DNA from: an uncultured Cytophagales bacterium | Lineage (GTDB): Bacteria > Bacteroidota > Bacteroidia > Cytophagales > Spirosomataceae | Assembly (NCBI GenBank): GCA_964399465.1 | Contig: CAYNRA010000006.1 | Coordinates: forward strand, 1,060 to 65,059 | Length of the DNA stretch: 64,000 bases | Direction: 5' to 3' | In this document: positions 46,354-55,338 of the stretch, piece after piece | Layout of the letters: each line of letters begins with the position of its first letter | Numbering within the stretch: position 1 is the first letter of the stretch | Program-made: the position numbers and the translations under genes | Notes under the pieces: generated by a model | Database searches by the model: none | Told to the model about the DNA's origin: nothing | Seen by the model: the letters and a program-made list of their open reading frames with translations, nothing else

Positions 46354-47326
46354 ATATTCCGTTATTACCCCCGTTTATAATCGTCCAGATGAATTGGCTG
46401 AGCTACTCGAGAGCTTGGCCAATCAGTCTTTTCCACCTTTTGAAGTTATTATTGTAGAAGACGGCTCTGTTCAGAAAGCGGATGACGTTTGTCGAATTTT
46501 TCAAGATAGATTGAAGATTCACTACTATTTTAAGGAAAACAGCGGACAAGGTTTTTCTAGAAACTATGCTTTTGAACGCGCTTCTGGCGATTATTTTATC
46601 CAATTTGACTCCGATGCAGTCATTCCTCCTGATTACTTCGAAAAAATAGATAAGGCATTAGATATGCATAAATGGGATGCTTTTGGTGGGCCAGATGCCG
46701 CAGATGCAACGTTTACTCCTGTCCAGAAAGCTATCAACTATGCCATGACTTCTGTGTTTACAACAGGCGGAATTCGGGGTAAAAAAAATAATTTAGGCGG
46801 ACAGTTTCATCCAAGGAGTTTTAATTTCGGTATTTCTAGGCAAGTCTGGGAAACCGTAGGCGGCTATAAAGTCACACGCATGGGTGAAGACATTGAATAC
46901 AGTATCCGAATCATCAATAGCGGTTTTCGGGTTGGCTTAATCGAAGAAGCATTTGTTTATCATAAACGAAGAACCTCTTTTCAACAATTTTTTCGCCAAC
47001 TTCACTTTTTTGGAAGAGCGCGCATCAATATAGCACGGTTCTATCCAAAAGAACTCAAGCTTGTTCATTTATTCCCAAGCTTTTTCTTTTTAGCAGCTAG
47101 CTCCATTCCTTTTTGGTTTGTAGTATTTCCTCCATTCGGTTGGCTAGGTCTTTGCATCTATCTTATTTATTTTGTGACTGTCGGGATAGACGCCTATCGG
47201 CAGAATCAGTCCATTCATATCGCTTTTTTAAGTCTTTGGGCATGTGTAATACAACTTAATGCCTACGGAATTGGCTTCATATCTGAAGGCATCACGTATC
47301 TCACCGAACCTAAAAGCAAGAATTAA
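46346..47326 (+). CDS. glycosyltransferase family 2 with C-terminal TM segments
   Basis: I chose the start [14 protein letters not shown] at 46346, giving an ATGCGTAA 8-nt overlap with the hemL stop. Motifs VEDGS and FDSD. Confidence 0.85.
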   Translation: MRKYSVITPVYNRPDELAELLESLANQSFPPFEVIIVEDGSVQKADDVCRIFQDRLKIHYYFKENSGQGFSRNYAFERASGDYFIQFDSDAVIPPDYFEKIDKALDMHKWDAFGGPDAADATFTPVQKAINYAMTSVFTTGGIRGKKNNLGGQFHPRSFNFGISRQVWETVGGYKVTRMGEDIEYSIRIINSGFRVGLIEEAFVYHKRRTSFQQFFRQLHFFGRARINIARFYPKELKLVHLFPSFFFLAASSIPFWFVVFPPFGWLGLCIYLIYFVTVGIDAYRQNQSIHIAFLSLWACVIQLNAYGIGFISEGITYLTEPKSKN

Positions 47327-47398
47327 AGTTATATTCTGATATTTACTCTTTCTAGAGAAATATGTACAACATCGTACCAAATCCGAAAATCTCACCTA

Positions 47399-49159
47399 GT
47401 GGAAGCACCGAAGAAAGTTAAATTATTTAATAAAGACATCCTTTTTCGTCTATTTAGTTATACAAAACCATATAAAAGACAATTTTATACACTTGTTCTA
47501 ACCATCATGTTGGGTGCGGGGCTTTCCCCAGTTCAACCACTATTGATTCAATATACGATTGACGGACCCATCGCCAACGGTGACTATACGCAACTAGCTA
47601 TTGCACTTGGTATAATGGTACTTTTACTGGTATTCAATTCTGTAGTTTCCTTTTACAATACCTATGCTGCAGGCTGGTTAGGTCAACATATTATTCGAGA
47701 TATTCGCATTGAATTATACGAAAAAATCCTTGAACTCCGCCTCAAGTTTTTTGATGATACTCCCATCGGAAGATTAGTAACTCGAACTATTTCAGATATT
47801 GAAACCCTTGCCGAGGTATTCAGTTCAGGTTTTGCAGCGATTGCTGGAGATGTTTTACAACTCGTTCTCATCATTTCTGTGATGTTTTATACAGATTGGC
47901 GACTCTCTTTAATCAGTTTGTCAACCATTCCTTTGATGCTCGTAAGTACCTATATTTTTAAGGAGAAAGTAAAAAAATCTTTCCAGTTGGTGCGAAATGC
48001 CGTAGCCAATTTGAACTCGTTTGTTCAAGAACATATCACGGGTATGAGCGTTGTTCAAATTTTCAATACCGAAAAATTGGAATACGATAAGTTTGTTAAA
48101 ATAAACGAAGAACATCGCGATGCCAACATCAAATCCATCTTGTACTACTCCATTTATTTCCCAGTTGCTGAAGTAATTGCTGCACTTGGTACAGGACTCG
48201 TTGTGTGGTACGGGGCGCGTCAAATCATCGGGATGGAGGTTACTTTCGGTACTGTCACCGCCTTTATCATGTTCATCAACCAGTTTTTCCGTCCAATTCG
48301 CATGATTGCAGATCGCATCAATACATTACAAATGGGGATTGTAAGCACGGAAAGAATCATTGACTTACTCGATGGAGACGATTATACGGTAAATAATGGG
48401 CATACTACTAAATCTATTGAGGGTAACGTGTCATTCAAAAATGTTTGGTTTGCCTATAATGAGGAAAATTTTGTTTTAAAAGACATTTCCTTTGAAGTTC
48501 AAGCAGGTCAAACCGTTGCTTTCGTAGGTGCAACAGGTGCAGGAAAATCTTCTATAATTAACTTATTATCAAGATTTTATGATATAAATAAAGGGAATAT
48601 ATGCATTGATGGAATTCCTGTTTCTGACTATGAACTAAAATCTCTGCGCAAGCAAGTCGGTGTTGTTCTTCAAGATGTTTTCTTGTTTTCAAATACCATT
48701 GAGTACAACATAACTTTGGGTGACCCGACAATTACGAAGGAACAAGTCCGAGAAGCAGCCAAATTGGTAGGTGTGCATGAATTTATCATGCAGCTTCCAG
48801 GTGGGTATGAATACAATGTGATGGAACGTGGCGCTACCCTGTCTGTTGGTCAAAGACAGCTCATTTCGTTTGTTCGTGCGATGGTTCAAAATCCAAAAAT
48901 TATTGTGCTAGATGAAGCAACATCTTCTGTGGATACAGAAACAGAAGAACTTATACAAGCTGCGATTACTAAATTGATGAAAGGGCGAACTGCCCTCGTC
49001 ATTGCACACAGATTGAGCACAATCCAACATGCAGACCAAATTATTGTACTGGATAAAGGTCAAATTATGGAGAAAGGAACACACGATGAACTTCTAATAA
49101 AGCAAGGTTTTTACTATAATTTACACCAAATGCAGTTTGGCCAAGCGGAACTTAGTTAA
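47399..49159 (+). CDS. ABC transporter permease/ATP-binding protein (MsbA-like exporter)
   Basis: 586 aa with a GTG start. Six-TM domain, Walker A GATGAGKSS, signature LSVGQRQ, Walker B IIVLDEATS. Confidence 0.9.
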   Translation: MEAPKKVKLFNKDILFRLFSYTKPYKRQFYTLVLTIMLGAGLSPVQPLLIQYTIDGPIANGDYTQLAIALGIMVLLLVFNSVVSFYNTYAAGWLGQHIIRDIRIELYEKILELRLKFFDDTPIGRLVTRTISDIETLAEVFSSGFAAIAGDVLQLVLIISVMFYTDWRLSLISLSTIPLMLVSTYIFKEKVKKSFQLVRNAVANLNSFVQEHITGMSVVQIFNTEKLEYDKFVKINEEHRDANIKSILYYSIYFPVAEVIAALGTGLVVWYGARQIIGMEVTFGTVTAFIMFINQFFRPIRMIADRINTLQMGIVSTERIIDLLDGDDYTVNNGHTTKSIEGNVSFKNVWFAYNEENFVLKDISFEVQAGQTVAFVGATGAGKSSIINLLSRFYDINKGNICIDGIPVSDYELKSLRKQVGVVLQDVFLFSNTIEYNITLGDPTITKEQVREAAKLVGVHEFIMQLPGGYEYNVMERGATLSVGQRQLISFVRAMVQNPKIIVLDEATSSVDTETEELIQAAITKLMKGRTALVIAHRLSTIQHADQIIVLDKGQIMEKGTHDELLIKQGFYYNLHQMQFGQAELS

Positions 49160-50033
49160 CCAACGTGGGAAAAGTTTGAAGTCCACCCGTATGTATCAGT
49201 ACAATTGTTGAACCAATAGGAAAGTATTCATTTTCAACTTGTTGTAGAAAAGCTTTAACCATTTTCCCTGTGTAAATAGGTTCAATTTGGAAAGATTCGT
49301 TCTGGTTGTGCAGCTGTACAAATGCACGAAGTTCTGGCGAAACCCGCGCGTATCCACCTCCATGGGAATCGTCCCAGGTTTGCAATTGATTCCATTTATT
49401 TTCTGGAACCCACTGCCGGATTTCATTTTGCATGAAGCCACCCTTAAGGACAGAAACGGCTATTACTTGTTGGTTAGTCGCCAATAAAATACCAGCAGAA
49501 GTACCTCCCGTTCCCGCCGCACAGACATAAAAATCGGGAATACAAACCTTTTCAATTTCTGCAACCATCTCGGTTACACCCAAAAAAGCATATTCATTCG
49601 TTCCTCCTTCCGGAATCCAGAAATAAGAATCTTGAAGGTGGCTATCAAATTGTTTTTGACGATACATTTCCCTCGAAACAAAGTGGAGTTGCATACCCAT
49701 TTCTTGCGCAAATCGCAAAGTAGGGCTTGAATTTGGGTGAAGTTCATCACCGCGAATAATCCCGATTGATTTTAAACCTGCATATTTTGCCGCAGCTGCA
49801 GAAGCATAAATATGATTTGAGTAAGCCCCACCAAAGGTAACAATTCCCGCATAGCCTGCCTTTAGCGCATGTTCCAAATTACCTCTCAATTTTCGCCACT
49901 TATTTCCCATGATGTACGGATGCGTCAAATCATCTCGTTTCATAAAAACAGCTACCTTTTTTTGTTTGAATAAAGGCTGCTCCCAGCGTACCAAGGGAGT
50001 GGGAGATTGGATTAAATTTTCTAATTCAAACAT
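49152..50033 (-). CDS. 1-aminocyclopropane-1-carboxylate deaminase / D-cysteine desulfhydrase family PLP enzyme
   Basis: 293 aa. Motifs KRDDLTHPYIMGNKWRKL and TFGGAYSNH. Confidence 0.85.
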   Translation of the reverse strand: MFELENLIQSPTPLVRWEQPLFKQKKVAVFMKRDDLTHPYIMGNKWRKLRGNLEHALKAGYAGIVTFGGAYSNHIYASAAAAKYAGLKSIGIIRGDELHPNSSPTLRFAQEMGMQLHFVSREMYRQKQFDSHLQDSYFWIPEGGTNEYAFLGVTEMVAEIEKVCIPDFYVCAAGTGGTSAGILLATNQQVIAVSVLKGGFMQNEIRQWVPENKWNQLQTWDDSHGGGYARVSPELRAFVQLHNQNESFQIEPIYTGKMVKAFLQQVENEYFPIGSTIVLIHTGGLQTFPTLVN

Positions 50034-50067
50034 AAAAGCGTTACTTTTGTAGCTTAATAAATGGAAT

Positions 50068-51099
50068 ATGACAGAGCAACAAGACCTCTTTGAAGAGGAA
50101 GATGATTTATTTGAGCATTACAGAATTGAAGTCGATGCAGGTCAATCATTGATGCGGATTGACAAATACCTTGGCCTTCACATCAAAAATACATCAAGAA
50201 ATAAGATTCAGCAAGCAATAGATACGGAGTCCGTCGCGGTAAATGGAGTAATTGTTAAGTCAAGTTACAAAGTAAAGCCTCTTGATCTCATCACGGTTTC
50301 TTTTCCTCATCCACCCAAAGAACATACAGAACTTTTACCTGAGGACATACCTTTGAATATTGTCTATGAAGACGATGATGTCTTGATTATCAATAAAGCG
50401 CAGGAAATGGTAGTACATCCAGGGCATAATAACTGGACAGGAACGCTTGTCAATGCATTGGTTCATCACTTTGACAACTTGCCAACATCCAAAAATGGGG
50501 CGATTCGTCCGGGTCTTGTACACCGGATTGACAAAGGTACATCTGGACTACTTGTCATTGCAAAAAATGAATATGCGATGCAGTATTTGGCCAAACAATT
50601 TGCCAATCATACTACACAGCGTACCTATTACGCGCTTATTTGGGGAGAACCAAAGGAACCAGAGGGAACTATCAATGCACATATTGGCAGAGGGTATAAA
50701 GATAGACGCGTATCCGATGTTTTTCCAGATGGTGATTTTGGAAAAGAAGCGATTACACATTACAAAGTACTAAAATCGCTACGCTATGTTTCCTTAGTTC
50801 AGTGCAATTTAGAAACAGGGAGAACGCATCAGATTCGTGCGCATATGAAATATTTAGGTCATCCTTTGTTTGGAGATGCAGCATATGGAGGAGACAAAGT
50901 GCTTCGCGGACAGCTTTTTTCGCGATTCAAACAATTTGTAGAAAATCTTTTTGTGATTTTACCCCGACAAGCGTTACATGCAAAAACCCTTGGTTTTGAA
51001 CATCCAACGACCAAAGAATGGATGCAGTTTGATTCAGAACTACCAGACGACTTCCAACAAGTCATCGAAAAATGGGAACATTATTTACAATATAACTAA
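50068..51099 (+). CDS. rluD: RluA-family 23S rRNA pseudouridine synthase (RluD-like)
   Basis: 343 aa. N-terminal S4 domain, catalytic motif VHRIDKGTSGLLVIAK, and GRTHQIRAH. Confidence 0.9.
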   Translation: MTEQQDLFEEEDDLFEHYRIEVDAGQSLMRIDKYLGLHIKNTSRNKIQQAIDTESVAVNGVIVKSSYKVKPLDLITVSFPHPPKEHTELLPEDIPLNIVYEDDDVLIINKAQEMVVHPGHNNWTGTLVNALVHHFDNLPTSKNGAIRPGLVHRIDKGTSGLLVIAKNEYAMQYLAKQFANHTTQRTYYALIWGEPKEPEGTINAHIGRGYKDRRVSDVFPDGDFGKEAITHYKVLKSLRYVSLVQCNLETGRTHQIRAHMKYLGHPLFGDAAYGGDKVLRGQLFSRFKQFVENLFVILPRQALHAKTLGFEHPTTKEWMQFDSELPDDFQQVIEKWEHYLQYN

Positions 51100-51106
51100 A
51101 TTTTAC

Positions 51107-51559
51107 ATGTCAGTCTCACTCCGATTAGCAACAAAAGCAGATGTACCTGAAATACTTTCCTTAGTTCAAGAGTTAGCTATTTATGAGAAAGCACCGGAGC
51201 AGGTCACCAATACATTAGAGAAAATGGAAGAGGATGGGTTTGGCCCCCATCCTATTTTTCAGACCATTTTAGCGGAAACACCTGAAGACGGAATCGTTGG
51301 AATGTCACTTTATTATTACCGCTACTCGACCTGGAAAGGAAAACGCTTGTATCTTGAGGACTTGATTGTTCGAGAAAAATTTCGTGGATTTGGTTACGGG
51401 AAATTACTTTTCAATGCAACCGTCGAAAAAGCAAAGGAAACAAACTGTACTGGCATGATGTGGCAGGTACTAGATTGGAATAAACCAGCTATCGATTTCT
51501 ACAAAACGTATGGTACACGTTTTGATTCAGAATGGTTAAACTGTCATCTTGATTTTTAA
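51107..51559 (+). CDS. GNAT acetyltransferase, spermidine/spermine N1-acetyltransferase (SSAT)-like
   Basis: I chose the start MSVSLRLATKADV at 51107. The blocks ILSLVQELAIYEKAPEQV..EDGFG.HP..LYLEDLIVREKFRGFGYG..WN.PAIDFYK parallel the SSAT family. Confidence 0.8.
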   Translation: MSVSLRLATKADVPEILSLVQELAIYEKAPEQVTNTLEKMEEDGFGPHPIFQTILAETPEDGIVGMSLYYYRYSTWKGKRLYLEDLIVREKFRGFGYGKLLFNATVEKAKETNCTGMMWQVLDWNKPAIDFYKTYGTRFDSEWLNCHLDF

Positions 51560-51676
51560 ACTTATAATCGTTGGTTAACTAAATCTACCATCTCCTTAAA
51601 AAACTGTTTATTCGTCAAAATCCAAACTTTGATATGTTTCAAGCCATTTTTTAGGTCTCAAAACTTTTTTTTATTC

Positions 51677-51684
51677 TATATTTG
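51677..51684 (+). promoter_or_regulatory. candidate -7 element (TATATTTG) upstream of the TPR protein gene
   Basis: It matches TAnnTTTG 48 nt before the ATG at 51732. No clear -33 element. Confidence 0.3.
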
Positions 51685-51731
51685 TAAAATTGTTACTAAC
51701 TATTTTTCCATAAACCAACCTAGAAGCGAAG

Positions 51732-53438
51732 ATGAAGAACAAATTTCAATCTCTGTACTTGCTCTTAATTTCAGTGCTTGCAATCCACACAACAGCGTCA
51801 GCACAAGGTACAGAAGCAGGATTAAGAGAGCTTGAGGCGGGTAGATTTTCTGCTGCCGAGAAGATTTTTACACAAACTGCTGAGAGCACACCTACTCCAG
51901 AAAATTACTTCTATTTAGGTTATTATTACTTAAACACGCCTGAAGTAACCTCAAAAGATGCTAGTGCTGAAGCCAGAGCAGCCAAACTGAAAGCAGCCTC
52001 GGATGCCTTCACGAAAGGAAATACATTGGACAAAAAGCCAGACCCACTTTGTAGTGTTGGACTTGGTGCTGTTCAATTAGCAAATGGTAAAATAGCAGAA
52101 GCAAAGTTGATTTTTGACGAAGTTATCAAAACGACAAAGAGTAAAAACCCAGACGTTTTGTTCCGTATCGGTGAAGCTTACACCATGTTCGAAAACGCTA
52201 AAGACCCTGCAGAGGCAATCTTGAATATTCAAATGGCTCTTGAGAAGTCCAAATTGCGTGACAATCCGGACTATTTCATCACTTTAGCTGAAGCATATCT
52301 AATGAAAAATGAGGGTGGAGATGCAATGAATGCGCTTCAAAATGCGGAGAGATTATCCAAAAATCTGGCGAAAGTATATGCTAGAATGGGCGAAATCTGG
52401 CTACGTGGAAAGAACTACAAAGAAGCAAAAGAAAGACTTGATCAAGCAATTGCTACTGATCCAGAATATGCGACTGCCCACCTTTTGTTAAGTTCTTATT
52501 ACCAAACTTTCCAACAATTCGGTAAATCAGCAGAATCTGCTCAAAATTACTTAAAGTATTCTGACGGTGACTGTGCAGCTAAGTTGAGATATGTAAAATT
52601 GGCTTATATTGCAGAAGACTTCGCGAATGTTTTAAAAACAATTGACGATATCCAATCTTGCAATCAAGATCCAATCGTTTACCGTATTGCTGGTTATAGC
52701 AAGTTTAAACAAGGAAAAGCACAGGATGCTATCGAGTCAATCCAAACTTTCTTGGGTAAAGCAAGCCAAGAGCAAATTCTAGGGATGGACTACGGGTTCA
52801 TGGGAAGAGCATATGTTGCATTGCCAAACACAGGGAACAAAATGGCGAATGATTCGATCGGAATTGCCTACATGAAGAAGGCAATTAGCATGAAAGATAC
52901 GTCTTACAACTACTCTGAGGACATTGTTAAAATATACAAGGACAACAAGCAGTTTGATAAAGCTGCGGCTACTTTGGAAGAAATCATTGCTGCAAAAGGA
53001 AAAACGGATGCAACTGATTATGCAAACTTAGGTATTCTTTATTATTCAGCGAATATCTGGGATAAAGCAGATGATACTTTTGGTAAGGTTTGTGAGCTTT
53101 ACAAAGACTCTTGGCCAGCTGCTTACTTGTACCGTGCAAGAATTCAAACATACAGATACAAAGGAGATAGCTCATTTGTAGCAGCTCCAGTTTATGAGAA
53201 ATTCGTCTCTTTATTAAACGATGACCAAAAGGTTCAGAACAAAGCATCTGTAGTAGAAGCACTTCGCTATCTATCAGGAAAAGCATTCTTGTTTGAGAAA
53301 GATACGGAGAAGGCAAAAGGATTTATCACACAAATCTTGAAGATTGATCCACAAAATGCGGATGCCCTTCAACTTTTAGAATCCTTGAATGGTACCCCTG
53401 CAATTGTACCTACGACAGAAAAAAAGAAAAGCAGTTAA
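51732..53438 (+). CDS. tetratricopeptide repeat protein, secreted
   Basis: 568 aa. Signal peptide ending ASAQ, then multiple TPR-like helix pairs. Confidence 0.75.
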   Translation: MKNKFQSLYLLLISVLAIHTTASAQGTEAGLRELEAGRFSAAEKIFTQTAESTPTPENYFYLGYYYLNTPEVTSKDASAEARAAKLKAASDAFTKGNTLDKKPDPLCSVGLGAVQLANGKIAEAKLIFDEVIKTTKSKNPDVLFRIGEAYTMFENAKDPAEAILNIQMALEKSKLRDNPDYFITLAEAYLMKNEGGDAMNALQNAERLSKNLAKVYARMGEIWLRGKNYKEAKERLDQAIATDPEYATAHLLLSSYYQTFQQFGKSAESAQNYLKYSDGDCAAKLRYVKLAYIAEDFANVLKTIDDIQSCNQDPIVYRIAGYSKFKQGKAQDAIESIQTFLGKASQEQILGMDYGFMGRAYVALPNTGNKMANDSIGIAYMKKAISMKDTSYNYSEDIVKIYKDNKQFDKAAATLEEIIAAKGKTDATDYANLGILYYSANIWDKADDTFGKVCELYKDSWPAAYLYRARIQTYRYKGDSSFVAAPVYEKFVSLLNDDQKVQNKASVVEALRYLSGKAFLFEKDTEKAKGFITQILKIDPQNADALQLLESLNGTPAIVPTTEKKKSS

Positions 53439-53454
53439 TATTGTGCTTACTTCT

Positions 53455-53490
53455 AAAAAACGGGAATCTAATAAGATTCCCGTTTTTTTT
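53455..53490 (+). terminator. rho-independent terminator after the TPR protein gene
   Basis: A6, then stem CGGGAATCT / AGATTCCCG (9 bp), then T8. Confidence 0.9.
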
Positions 53491-53510
53491 ATATTTATTC
53501 CAAAAGTTTC

Positions 53511-53540
53511 TTTGAATTATCGAATTACCAAATAACTTTG
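53511..53540 (+). promoter_or_regulatory. candidate promoter upstream of adk
   Basis: TTTG at 53511-53514, an 18-nt spacer, then TAACTTTG at 53533-53540. This implies a leader of about 125 nt. Confidence 0.3.
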
Positions 53541-53665
53541 TTGTCTGATAATTTTACCAATTATTTCAATCGAATTAGCTGTTTTAGTTCTATATTAGGA
53601 AAGCGTTCATTGATTTAACTAAAAGAATCACCTCATTACAAACCAATTTATTACAAAAAAAGTAT

Positions 53666-54238
53666 ATGTTTAATCTAGTTATCTTTGGACCTCCAGGAGC
53701 AGGTAAAGGAACTCAGTCAGAGAAAATCATCAAAAAGTACAATTTAGTACATATCTCTACTGGTGATATGTTTCGCATGCACATCAAGAATGAAACTGCA
53801 CTAGGCCAACAAGTAAAATCTATTTTGGCCAGTGGCTCTTTAGTACCCGACTCCATAACAATTGATATGTTAGAAGAAGAGGTAGCTAGAAATACAGAAG
53901 CAAATGGGTTTATATTTGATGGATTTCCCCGTACAGTTGCCCAAGCAGAAGCATTGGACGCATTTGTAGCGAGTAAGGGAAATAAGATTAACCTTGTATT
54001 GCAATTAGATGTTTCAGAAGGAATCATCAAAGAAAGAATCGCAGAAAGAAAAAAGGTAAGTGGACGTGCAGATGATGATGAAGATAAATTAATCAAACGC
54101 ATCGATGAATACTTCACAAAAACCATTCATGTATTACCTTATTACCAAAATCAAGGGAAAGTAGTTACAGTAAATGGTGTTGGAGATATAGAAAATATCC
54201 ACCAAGAAATCAGTAAAACTATTGAACAAAGCATGTAA
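53666..54238 (+). CDS. adk: adenylate kinase
   Basis: 190 aa. Motifs GPPGAGKGTQ and DGFPRTVAQA. It is the short-lid form with no zinc knuckle. Confidence 0.97.
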   Translation: MFNLVIFGPPGAGKGTQSEKIIKKYNLVHISTGDMFRMHIKNETALGQQVKSILASGSLVPDSITIDMLEEEVARNTEANGFIFDGFPRTVAQAEALDAFVASKGNKINLVLQLDVSEGIIKERIAERKKVSGRADDDEDKLIKRIDEYFTKTIHVLPYYQNQGKVVTVNGVGDIENIHQEISKTIEQSM

Positions 54239-54314
54239 TTTTGGCAAATAGTCATTAGTATTTCTTATTCCCTTAAAAAAGTGGTACTTTTGTGGATTAT
54301 TTCACAGAAGAAAA

Positions 54315-55301
54315 ATGACATCAAACTTTATAGATTACGTAAAAATTAATTGCAGATCCGGCAAAGGTGGCGCTGGATCTGTACATTTTAGGAGAGAAAA
54401 ATTTGTTCCAAAGGGTGGTCCAGATGGTGGAGATGGCGGAAGAGGAGGACACGTAATTGTCCGGGCAAATCCACAACTTTGGACACTTTTACATTTAAAA
54501 TATCAAAAACATATCTTCGCAGGTAACGGAAAAAGTGGAGGAAAAAGCCGAAGCACTGGGTTACAAGGGGAAGATATCATCATTGAAGTTCCATTAGGAA
54601 CTGTTATTAAAGATGCGGAAACATTCGAGCAAATAGCAGAAGTTACCGAGGAAAATCAAGAGATAATTATTCTTGAAGGTGGAAAAGGGGGACTTGGAAA
54701 TAACCATTTCAAATCCTCGACTAAACAAACACCCTATTATGCTCAACCCGGTGAGTTAGGTCTCGAAAATTGGCTTATTTTTGAACTGAAAGTACTTGCA
54801 GATATTGGACTTGTTGGATACCCTAATGCGGGTAAATCTACCCTTCTATCTGCAATATCGGCAGCAAAACCTGAAATAGGCGCATACCCATTTACGACTA
54901 TCACACCCAATTTAGGTGTCGTGCCCTACTATGATTTTAAATCATTTATTGTAGCGGATATTCCTGGAATTATCGAAGGTGCCTCTGAGGGAAAAGGACT
55001 TGGGCTACGATTCCTGAGACATATTGAACGTAATTCAAGTTTATTATTCGTCATATCAGCTGAATCTGAAGATGTATTAGAAGATTATCACATTCTTGTA
55101 CATGAACTTCAATTGCATAACCCGGAACTCCTTGATAAGAAAAGAGTGATTGGTATATCAAAAATCGAACTAATTGATGACGAGAAGAAAACAGAAATAC
55201 GTGCAAAATTCGGTAACGATTTACCCGTAACGTTGTTTTCTGCCCATACTGGTGAAGGAATTAAAGAACTAAAAGACGTGCTTTGGCAAATACTTAACTA
55301 A
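54315..55301 (+). CDS. obg: GTPase Obg/CgtA
   Basis: 328 aa. Gly-rich Obg fold ([12 protein letters not shown]), G1 motif [11 protein letters not shown], and DIPGIIEGA. Confidence 0.97.
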   Translation: MTSNFIDYVKINCRSGKGGAGSVHFRREKFVPKGGPDGGDGGRGGHVIVRANPQLWTLLHLKYQKHIFAGNGKSGGKSRSTGLQGEDIIIEVPLGTVIKDAETFEQIAEVTEENQEIIILEGGKGGLGNNHFKSSTKQTPYYAQPGELGLENWLIFELKVLADIGLVGYPNAGKSTLLSAISAAKPEIGAYPFTTITPNLGVVPYYDFKSFIVADIPGIIEGASEGKGLGLRFLRHIERNSSLLFVISAESEDVLEDYHILVHELQLHNPELLDKKRVIGISKIELIDDEKKTEIRAKFGNDLPVTLFSAHTGEGIKELKDVLWQILN

Positions 55302-55338
55302 TTGATTTTAATGATTTTTTGACATTAACACATTATCG

